Shown here: positions 23,135 to 32,802 of the stretch, piece after piece
Layout of the letters: each line of letters begins with the position of its first letter
How positions within the stretch are numbered: position 1 is the first letter of the stretch
From: Octopus bimaculoides
Lineage: Eukaryota
DNA length: 53,055 nt
Assembly: GCF_001194135.2 (NCBI RefSeq)
Contig: NC_068985.1
Coordinates: forward strand, 2,060,989 to 2,114,043
Direction: 5' to 3'
Notes under the pieces: model-generated
What the model was told of the DNA's origin: nothing
Seen by the model: the letters and a program-made list of their open reading frames with translations, nothing else
Database searches by the model: none
Position numbers and translations under genes: made by a program

Positions 23135-23181
<47 letters not shown>

Positions 23182-23458
23182 GTAGATTGGTGTGTCATTG
23201 TATGGTAAACATGTGTGAGATAATTGTTGCTGTTTTGGCTTCAGCTGTGACTATCTTTTTAAAGGGACCTAGGATTATATTGTTTAAAGTGTTTTTCTCA
23301 CTTTTTAAGATGGTGACGAGGATTTGAAGGAGATTTGGTCTCTGTTTCTAGCAAGGTGAAAACCACAAAACTACTCCTTTGTTTTTCTCACGTGTAGGAA
23401 ATTGTATTAGTGTTTGCCAGAAGTAGGAAACAAGATGTTTAGAATAGTGAGTTGTAGA

Positions 23459-24240
23459 AATGAGGTAGTATCAAAAAGTTCCTTGGCTAGTTCTGTAGCA
23501 CGCCAACAGATGGCAGCACATGGTTGCATGCACAGTGAGAGTCAGCAGTGACCTTCATGAAGAAGTGTGCTGAGGGACATCACTGTGTTTACTTCACAAG
23601 TTGTGAAATTTGTGTTTTTGTGATCCCATGTGTCTGCTGTAGTCTGAGATTTTTGTCAGGGACGGGAACAAAGAGCCAACGTGAAATTTTATGTTAAACT
23701 TGGGAAGTCTGCAATAGAAACATTGAGCATGCTTTGACAAGCTTACATTAATGAGGCAATGGGTTGTATGCAATGTTTTGAGTGGCACAAGTGCACGATA
23801 GAGCCCCAGCTCAATCAAGTGCAAGTTCATCGTTTTTCACATTAGAAAATTACTATTTTTAAATCTCTCAACCAAAGATATTCAGCAACAGTACTTTGGA
23901 GTAAAGATTGTTTGCCAACATAACATGGCAGTCCTGGTTTAGGACGAATGTTGCTGTAATTTAGCCCCAGGAGACATTGTCTCCAACTGGCTATATGACA
24001 TGATCTGTGTCCTTATATTTTTGAACAAGGGAATCTAGCATCCCCACTCAGCTAAATTACAGCAACATTCGTCCTAAACCAGGACTGCCATGTTATGTTG
24101 GTAAACAATCTTTACTCCATCCATGGTTTTGTGCATCAAGAAGTTGATCCCAGGGCCAGGCCATGGAGAGTTTTACTGTGATGTTTTGAAGCATTTGAAC
24201 AATGACATTCACTGAAAGCGATCAGGAATGGCAAGAAGCT
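23459..24240 (+). pseudogene. Mariner (Tc1/mariner) remnant with internal deletion, interrupted by an inverted-repeat insert
   Basis: TIR-like gaggtagtatcaaaaagttcc; REQRANVKFYVKLGKSAIETLSML..AY..EAMG..QCFEWHK; IVF..I | IHGFVHQE..GQ..EFYCDVLKHL resumes after 24119. Confidence 0.8.
23897..24119. mobile_element. 223-bp element with 69-bp inverted arms (MITE-like/foldback)
   Basis: Arms 23897-23965 and 24051-24119 pair at 68/69; the 85-bp spacer contains the hairpin GGAGAC-ATT-GTCTCC; a third arm copy lies at ~46926-46990. Confidence 0.85.
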
Positions 24241-24245
24241 TGTCG

Positions 24246-24288
<43 letters not shown>

Positions 24289-24597
24289 CTAGTTATATGT
24301 TGTTAGATATTCAACAATCTTTTCTCATATTACATGTTTCATGTAATGTATGGTAAAACCATTGTAAGGCTTGATACAGTTGAAGAAGTATAACATTACA
24401 TAACAGAGATGTGTATTTACTAAATTTTAGTCGTAGGATCACAAAGCAATATGAACCATATCTCTATCAACTGTCTCTCCACAACATCACTGGGCTCCAT
24501 GTCGTATCTATCCACAACATATTCTTTCATTATATCATATTTTCTTCCAGTTACTAACTTAACACTCTCATCCATCATTCCAGTCTTTCACAGAACA

Positions 24598-24775
24598 CTC
24601 CACCTCAGCATCTTCACTCCACCTCGGCATCTTCACTCCACCTCAGCATCTTCACTCCACTTTGGCTTTTTCACTCACCTCAGCTTCTTCACTCCACCAC
24701 AGCTTCTTCACTCCACTTCAACTTCTTAATTCCACCTCGACTTCCTCACTCCACCTTAGCTTCTACACTCCACTC
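24598..24775 (+). repeat. 19-bp minisatellite CTCCACCTCAGC(A/T)TCTTCA x ~9
   Basis: Units counted by eye; the first three are near perfect and later ones progressively diverge. Confidence 0.9.
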
Positions 24776-25653
24776 TCAAACCCTTCTCAACTAAATCCCA
24801 CTCAACTACCTCATAACATTCTTCACCATTATATAACTCCAGTTTATCACACTCCCATCTACTGTTCAGATTCGAACTCCAGACTCACACATCCCACTCC
24901 AGTACACATCCATTCACTCCATACATATTAATCAAGTCGATTACAATCACCTCACACACACACACACATAGGCAAACACACATACACCCACACATTCTTC
25001 ACCACTCTAATAACAACAGTTCCGTCATTATATCATGTATATATATATATATATAGCAGTAGAAGTATTGTTTTTTTTTCTTTTCTTTTACTAGGGCAAC
25101 ATCTAAAAAATATTGATTGCAAATATTCTGCATGAACATTTGGATCATGGATGCTGTTTATAATCAACTTTGCCAATTCTCCAGCTGAATGTAACACTTT
25201 TTAATGACCGTCACCAACCATTTGTAGCCCTGCTACTATTACACATTCCATTTAGTTGCTCCTGGCCTTCCATTTTTATGATGATCCTTTTTTCCATGTT
25301 ATTAGAAAAGACCCATTAAGCATTTCTCAATTTCTTCTGATCCCAAATCATAAAGTCTCTCATCTGCACTTTCAATTTAAGAATGGATTCATAAAATTCA
25401 CAAAATCTATTGACATATTCTGGTTACCAATTTTGGTAGCGTACAGCTATGCATGAAAACAAATACATATGCACATATGTATGCTTACATGTATGCATGT
25501 CTATGTATATACATATATATGTATGAATATATATATATATATATATANNNNNNNNNNNNNNNNNNNNNNNNNNNNNNNNNNNNNNNNNNNNNNNNNNNNN
25601 NNNNNNNNNNNNNNNNNNNNNNNNNNNNNNNATATATGTATGTATATATATAC

Positions 25654-25688
<35 letters not shown>

Positions 25689-26553
25689 TATGTGTGTATA
25701 TATGTGTATATATATATATATAAATGCATGAATGTAGGTAGGATATGCAGAGATAAGTGTGCATGTGTATATTTAAATATACTAAAAAACACAATGTGTG
25801 TGCGTGCGTGTGTCTGTGTGTGTGTGCATAGTAAATTGTGTGAATGCCTATGTGTGTTTTTGTATAATTTCATGTTGCGTTGTGTCAGCCTCTGGTTCTT
25901 TTGACAGAAACTTGATAGAGGCCATTTCGGTCTTTGATGTTGCCTGTTTATTCTCTTCGTTTGTTTGTTCCATTAGCTTGTTTAAGTATTTGCTTCCACA
26001 CTGAATGTTTAAATGATGTTGTTAAGCTCAGACCATTTTGTAGAAAAACTGAAATAAATTTCCTCTTTCCATTTTCTCCCCTTCACTGTTAAAATGCTTC
26101 GATGTGGTTTTTCTAAAATATTTCTGCCTCCAGCTTTACGCCTGTGATCTTGGAGCACCAGAATCACAGCATCTACCATTAATAAATATATTAATGACCT
26201 GTCAAATTCACCAAAGACTTTACAGAGATTTACTTTTAAGGTAAAACTGAAAAGATCAAATCCCACTAAGTCTATCTGACAGCAATAAACTCTTGGGAGT
26301 AGGGAAGAACAGATCCAGCTTTGCTGCATCATCATAATCACGGTTCTAACATGAATTTCTTCTTCATGCTAACACTGCAACAAATGGATTGGTCTGCAGA
26401 AGAATATCTTACAATTTCTCTCAAATCTAATATCACTACATTTTTTTATCCAATGTCTGCCTTCATCTTCTTCAACTTTCAATAGCTTCCAATATAGGGC
26501 AGAGCACATTTTCTCTAATTTAATTTGAATTATAGGAAAAGGAATTTCAACCA

Positions 26554-27230
26554 TGTTTCGTGGTCTGCTACCACAACAGCTCCTTTATAGGATCCAGTTA
26601 GCTCAAGACATCATCAGGAGGAACCATGTCCGGTTTCGGCCCCTACTCCTCTACCGTTTTGACGTGGCGGGGCCACCCCCTTTCGGAGGTGTCTTCAGCT
26701 CTGGTGCTGGGTGCATGTCTTCTTTCACTGTTTGTGACTGTTCTAATTCAACTGTGGAATGTCCCTCGCAATGGTTATCTTCCAGGAGGTTCTGGCCACA
26801 CGTCTTATGGTTCATCAACCCGCGTTGTTGAATTACTTTCTTCCGACATACCTTCCCTTGGTGGATTAGGATCCAGTTAGCTGAAGACATCATCAGGAGG
26901 AACCACGTCCGGTTTCGGCCCCTACTCTACCGTTTTGACGTGGCAGGGCCCCCTCCTTTCGGAGGTGTCTTCAGCTCTGGTGTTGGGTGCGTGTCTTCTT
27001 TCTTCTATTCCCTGGCCTCTTCGATGCAGCATCAACGAGTGTCAGCGTCCGACTGAATGTCATGTCAAATTCCCCTTTTTATACCTGCCCCAGCAAGTTG
27101 TCATGTGACACTGTCTAAATTTCCCGCTGCTAGGGTCCAGTAGGCAGCACCAGCAAGTTGTCACATGACACTGTCTAAACTTTAACTGACAATGGAGGGC
27201 GCGAAGCCACTTCACTGTCAGCCTGTCTCA
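26554..27230 (-). mobile_element. GC-rich LTR-like unit with internal 279-nt-period direct repeat
   Basis: TG...CA ends (27230/26554), duplicated TGTCA-N2-TGACA boxes, TATA+Inr, and repeats 26588-26726 and 26867-27000. No TSD found, so the class is uncertain. Confidence 0.55.
27051..27183 (-). promoter_or_regulatory. Pol II core promoter: two palindromic boxes, TATA box and initiator
   Basis: Direct repeats ccagcaagttgtca(tg/ca)tgacactgtctaaa at ~27089 and ~27150; minus-strand TATAAAAA starts at 27083; Inr TCAGTC has +1 at 27054, 29 nt downstream. Confidence 0.6.
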
Positions 27231-27344
27231 CCTAGGCAATACTCATAAACAAAAGCCATCTTTAGTAAATGTTAAAGCAAAAGCAGTTACAGGTCAAGAT
27301 TATTGCAAGGATCATAGCCAGCATGCTGAAGATTTACTGGCTTA

Positions 27345-27545
27345 TAAACTGACCACTGCTTTTGTCACAAATGAGAATACTAAAAATGAACCTGACCACT
27401 CTCAAAAATGAAGTAAAAAGAACAGGAAAAATAATCCAGAATCTTTGTCCAGAACCGGATTGATACCAGAATCTAATCAGTTTGTGCCTGACATGATGTC
27501 AAACATCCCTGAAAGTTTCAACCTGGTCCATTCATTGGTTCTTGA
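27345..27545. repeat. Interspersed repeat family E (also at 38985-39230 in the opposite orientation)
   Basis: gagaatactaaaaatgaacc...tctaatcagtt...atccctgaaagtttca matches the reverse complement of 38985-39180. Confidence 0.75.
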
Positions 27546-28076
27546 GATATCTTGTCCATGGGCAGGTGCCAGTCATCGAATATGGTTCAATTACGATTTC
27601 GATTTCACTTGCCCCAACAGGTCTTCGCAAGCTGAGTTTAGTGTCCAATGAANNNNNNNNNNGTCTTCGCAAGCTGAGTTTAGTGTCCAATGAAGGAGAG
27701 GTTGGCATGGGTGCCAGTCGTCGAATTTGGTTCGATTTCGATTTCACTTGCCTTAACAGGTCTTCGCAAAGTGTCCAATGAAGTAATGATACAAATGAGT
27801 GAGCTGGCTACACTTCTGGCATAGGCCACGGGTTATGGTCTCACTTGGCTTGCAGGGTCTTCTCACGTACTGCATATTTCTAAAGGTCCCGGTCACTAGT
27901 CATTGCCTCGGTGAGGCCTAATTTTCGAAGGTCGTGCTTCACCACCTCATCCCAGGTCTTCCTGTGTCTACCTCTTCCACGGGTTCCCTCAACTGCTAGG
28001 GTGTGGCACTTTTTCACACAGCTATCCTGATCCATTCTTGCCACATGACCATACCAGCACAATCGTCTCTCTTGCA
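27546..28076 (-). pseudogene. RTE/RTEX-like LINE ORF C-terminus plus tandemly repeated 3' UTR segment
   Basis: QERRLCWYGHVARMDQDSCVKKC..VEGTRGRGRHRKTWDEVVKHDLRKLGLTEAMTSDRDL; UTR units ctcagcttgcgaagac...ggggcaagtgaaatcg...tggcacc are shared with 51010-51076. Confidence 0.85.
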
Positions 28077-28951
28077 CATACATACACACATACATACACA
28101 CACAAACACTCACACACGTGTGTGTGTGTGTACATATAAGAATGCTGTATTTTTCAACTGAATGCCTTTTTTGTATCTTGACTTTCACATCACAGTACTA
28201 AACCATGTTTCCTGTATCATGTATTTAGTTCTCTCTTCCTCGTTTGTCAACAAAAAGCAACTTTTGAATATAATGTGGATACTCTGTGTATGTGTGCATG
28301 CGTGAGAGAGAGCGTGAGATAGCGTGTGCCTGTGTGTGTTGAAGTATGTGTGTGTGTGTGTGTGTGCTAGAGTATGTGTGTCTATATGTGTGTGCATTTG
28401 CATGCGTGTGTGTGTGCGTGTGCGTGCATGCATAGGCACACATGTGCTGCTTATAATAGATAATCTATTTTCTCTATCTGAATATATTTATTCTTGATGT
28501 GAAGAAGGCCATTTTGTCTTAAACTCCAAATAAATGAGAGAATGTGATCAGAAATCCATCAATCATGATTTGATTTTCTCATTAACCAAGATTTTAACCC
28601 TAATACTTTTCACAAGACTAAATACATTTACAAATATATGATTATGTTATATGCTTTGTGGAAGAAATTTTAATTAATCTCAGTTGAAGTTTTTAAATCT
28701 TTATGCCTGCAGCAAAACCACTACAAGAGTCTTTTTTTTTTTTTTTGATTCAGAATGAATGAGGAGGTTATAGATGCTGAAATTGGTCAGCTAGATTAGT
28801 TGGTCTCTGGTTACGTGGGTCAAGTTAGACGGAAAAAATAACAGAAATTCAAGGTGTTTAGTTGCAGGTTAATTCTATTGAAATTAATTCTATCATCAAA
28901 GACATTTAAGCAGTATCATGCAATTCTTTCCAGAAATAGAGTATCAGAAAC

Positions 28952-30284
28952 TATGAGGGTGGGCCGAAAAGCTCATAGGCTGACTATAAAGGGGCTGTGA
29001 AATCTTACATGTGTTAATTGTAACCTTTAATATTAATGTCTGCATTGTTTTTTTTGGGGGNNNNNNNNNNTTTTTTTTTGGGGGGGGGGTCCCAGGTAAA
29101 CTGACATCTGACTCTTCAAAGAAGACTTTAAAGGTAACAAGTAATGACTTCTCTTGAAAATGGACAAAATTTGGCCCCATGGTGTTATCGAGTACCTGCA
29201 GAAAAAGGCTTTAACCCCTAAGAACATGCTGATAGGGTTACTACATTAGGGGATGACCCTCCAGCTTTATCAACAGTGCAAAAGCTTTGGAAGCTGAGTT
29301 TAGGAAGGGAAGAGAGAGTCATGATGATAACTCAAGGTCTGGACATCCTACAATTGCCACATTCCCAGGGAAAACATTGGATTGTGTTCACGACATAATG
29401 ACAGGTGACAGGTGATTGACTATAATGACAGATGACAGGTGATTGACTATAAATCAAACAGCCAATGCAATTAGCAAATTCCATGAGAGAGTTGAAAATA
29501 TTCTGCAAAATAAGACAGAGGTTGCTATTCGGTGGATGCCACATCTTCTGACACCTGATGAAAAGTACATCAGACTGATTCCATGACAGGTAAGTCAGAC
29601 ATAGTTTGAGGTAGATCCAGCTGGTTTCCTTGAATATTTCCTAACCCTGGATGAGTGTTGGCTTCATCACTTTGAGCCAGAGACAAAGAAACAATCCATG
29701 CAGTGGAAACACCCCCTCCTCACCTGCTGCAAAGAAATCCAAGGTTGTTTCATCTGCAGGGAAGATGATGGCCTCAGGTTTTGGTGATACAAGAGGCATT
29801 GTGCTTATCTTCAATAGGGCCACACCATGACTGGAGACTACTCTACCAACTTGGTGAAGCAGCTACAAAAGGCTATCAAGACCAAACACCCTGGAAAACT
29901 GGGGTCTTGTTTCATCAGGACACTGTTCCAGCACACAAGTCCTTGGTTTCAATAGTTGCTGTGCATAACTGTGGCTTTGACCAACGTCCCTATTCTCCTG
30001 GTTTGGCCTCCTCTGACTCTCACCTGTTCCACAACATGAAAACAACACTTGGCTGAGAACTGGTTGCAACAGGGGATGATGATGCCACAGTGCTGCTGCT
30101 GATGATGACTTCTTTTGAGCCAAACAGGATGAAAGCTTCTCCAGGAATGAGATCCAAGCACAGCAGCATCGATGGAAGAAGTGTGTGGACTGCAAGGGGG
30201 TTTAGGTTGGAAAATAAACCTTATTTGGTCACATTCTGTGAGGGTATCTTGGTCAGCCTATGAACTTGTCAGCCAATGCTTGTA
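28952..30284 (+). mobile_element. Full-length (~1.33 kb) decayed mariner element
   Basis: Imperfect TIRs TA-tgagggtgggccgaaaagctcataggctgac and gtcagcctatgaacttgtcagccaatgcttg-TA. Transposase motifs MDKI..GVIEYLQKK, RWMPHLLT, TLDECWLHHFEPETKKQSMQW, FHQDTVPAHK and RPYSPGLASSDSHLF are present with frameshifts. Confidence 0.92.
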
Positions 30285-30469
30285 TCATTAATCTCTGCCA
30301 TAAAACTGAGCAGCCTTCTTCCAACAGCAAATACTAAATGGTTACCTGCACATACAGACATATAGGACTGAACTAGGGACCACATGGTTGAGAAGCACAC
30401 TTCAAAACGATGCAGCTAGGTCTGCACCTAATATTTGCCTCAAAATCAGATCCATACACAGACACACAG

Positions 30470-30790
30470 GCATGCATGCTCACACACACACACACACACA
30501 TACGCACACACATACACTCGCACACAGTCACACACAGTCACACACACATGCACACAACTACACTCACACACATACAAATAGAACGCTTGGTATGGAGAAA
30601 TATTAACAAGTGATATTTTGACATCTTTTCCTTTCCCTCCCTTCTTTCTCTCCTTCTCTCTCTCCCCCCACTCTCTCTCTTTCTCTGTAATATTTACTTG
30701 CAATTGTCTAACACAGCCTCGTACCTCCCAGCCCCCTTCCTCCTCTCCCTCTCTCTCCTTCTCTCTCTCTCCCTCTCTCTCTCTCTCTCC
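30470..30790. repeat. Degenerate (CA)n then (CT)n tracts
   Basis: Direct inspection. Confidence 0.85.
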
Positions 30791-31831
30791 TCCATATCAA
30801 TATGGCCCATGTTGCAAAATAAGATTAACAATTAGTTTGACAATATCCTAACACTTCCTCCCCTCTTTCTAGTTTCGTGTTAGGAAATATGGATTAATAA
30901 GTAAAGAGATATTTCATATTTTACAACAGCAAGCTTCACTTGTTAATCTAATTCCTCTCCTGACGACCACCTCTCCTGGCCACCTCCTCTCCCAGCCACC
31001 TTTCTTACCAACTATCTTATTCTCCCTCATTATCTCTCATATTTCATTTAGCATTTTATTACCTCTGTTGTTCAAAAAATACATGGGTTTGATGACTCTG
31101 TAAAGTCAGACACCTGTAAGAATAGTTCGAAAGAGTATAACAGTTGGAAATTTGCCAGAATGCCACAGAATCTAGTGAAGTAAGTGTTGTTTTTTTTTTA
31201 TTTATTGTTTGATATCAATTTCTTTTATGTTGGCAGCAGGTGAGATATAAATACATACATTTTATAAATTGCAGATTTCCACAGAATTGGTAATTATTTT
31301 TACAGTTTAGTGTCACTCTCCTTTCTAGTTAATCAATAATTACAAGTGATGCCTAATTGTCAACTGAGCAGACTGAGGCAAGTAGAATTATGTACCTTGT
31401 TTATGAGTATAGTATAATAGTAGTATTAGTAAGTGCTTAATTAATGATCTTGTAGTGAGTATATAGTACCTTAACTCCACAATAAGTGTGCTATTTTGGT
31501 TAATTTTCTGCAAAGACCCATTACAGAACTGAATCCCTAACAAGAGGGATTGAATTGGTAATCAGGAATGGCACTTTTATATTTTTCTTCTTCTTCTTCT
31601 ATGTCAACAGGAATAGTTTCTTACTAAAGGAGATCAAAGCTAGCTGAGTCAGCAACTTGGTTTACAAAGAGGTGATTTGGAAGTTGTGCTAGCAGACTGA
31701 ACTTAGCTCTTTACATATATTCAATATATAGGCATAGGAGTGGCTGTGTGGTAAGTAGCTTGCTAACCAACCACATGGGCAAGTCTCTTCTGCTTTAGTG
31801 TCTTCTATTGTTCTATATTTAAGAGATGAGG

Positions 31832-31942
31832 AATTATTTACATTATTTACATTTGACGTTTCAGCTGATATACCCTCCAGCCTTCTTCAGGTGTCTTGGG
31901 GAAATTTCAAACCTGGGTTCATTCCTAAGGTATTTTTCAATG

Positions 31943-31950
<8 letters not shown>
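31832..31950 (-). mobile_element. Penelope-type terminal repeat with hammerhead core (37-nt deletion removes the stem I 3' strand)
   Basis: Minus strand reads GACAC CTGAAGA A GGCTGG agggtata TCAGCT GAAA CG TC; inverted copy of 32078-32243. Confidence 0.75.
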
Positions 31951-31990
<40 letters not shown>

Positions 31991-31992
<2 letters not shown>

Positions 31993-32063
31993 CTCTTTTA
32001 CTTGTTTCAGTCATTTGACTGTGGCCATGCTGGAGCACCGCCTTTATAATCGAGCAAATCAAC
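31991..32063 (-). mobile_element. SINE family B 3' tail fragment
   Basis: Reverse complement of 40645-40712. Confidence 0.8.
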
Positions 32064-32077
32064 TATAACCCTAAGAT

Positions 32078-32243
32078 AATAATAATAATAACAACATTGA
32101 AAAATACCTTAGGAATGAGAACCCTGGCTCAAAAGTTCTCCAAGACACCTAATGAAGGCTGGAGGGTATATCAGCCGAAACGTTGTGTTAACAACAAACA
32201 AGATGAGGACAAATATCTGTCGAATGTAAATAATGTAAATAAT
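32078..32243 (+). mobile_element. Penelope-type terminal repeat with minimal hammerhead (core G5>A variant)
   Basis: GACAC(32144-48) CTAATGA A GGCTGG agggtata TCAGCC GAAA CG TT GTGTT(32185-89); palindromic AACGTT replaces stem III. Confidence 0.75.
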
Positions 32244-32414
32244 GTACCGATTCTACTGTTGGCGTCTTATGAAGCTTACCTGCTCTGATTAAACAGACTT
32301 GAAATCAAAGATGTTCCAGCAGGATTTGAGTTCTGTCATAATGTATCAAGGACTGCATTACCTAATGTATTCGTTTTTTAATTAGAGGACAGGTATAATT
32401 TGTCCCTTATTTTT

Positions 32415-32802
32415 GACTTGTTTCAGTCATTTGACCCTGGCCATGCTGGGGCACCACCTTGAAGAATGTTAGTCAAATGAATTGACCCTCAGCACTTGGA
32501 TTTTTAAAGCCTGGTATTTATTCTCAGTCTGTTTTGCTGAACCACCAAGTCACAGGAACATAAACACACCAACACAGGTTGTCATGTGGTGGTTGAGGAC
32601 AACACAGATGCCATGACACACACACATACACACATTTACACACACACTCACACACATACATACATGTGTATATATGTGTGCCAAATCCACTTACAAGGTT
32701 TTGGTTTGGTCTGTGGCTATAGTAGAAGACACTTACCATGCAGTGGGATTGAACTGGCACTCATGTGAAGCAAACTTCTTACCACACAGCCACGTCTGCA
32801 CC
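32415..32802 (-). mobile_element. SINE family B, near full length
   Basis: Tail gacttgtttcagtcatttg..., internal CA/TA microsatellite, head ...cttcttaccacacagccac. Confidence 0.8.

Noticed and set aside
24598-24775. CRISPR-like array
   Set aside because: The units are contiguous with no unique spacers, the context is eukaryotic and there are no cas genes.
26588-27000. Canonical hammerhead or HDV-like ribozyme reading of the duplicated module
   Set aside because: The CUGANGA and GAAA words are not connected by a simple stem II, and only 4 nt separate the putative cleavage site from CUGAUGA. The HDV P3/L3 elements are missing. It is kept only as an unknown structured RNA.
27620-27692. Exact ~30-bp direct repeat either side of a 10-N gap
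   Set aside because: Identical sequence flanking a minimal gap is most simply an unmerged contig overlap; the same applies to the T/G runs around 29061-29070.
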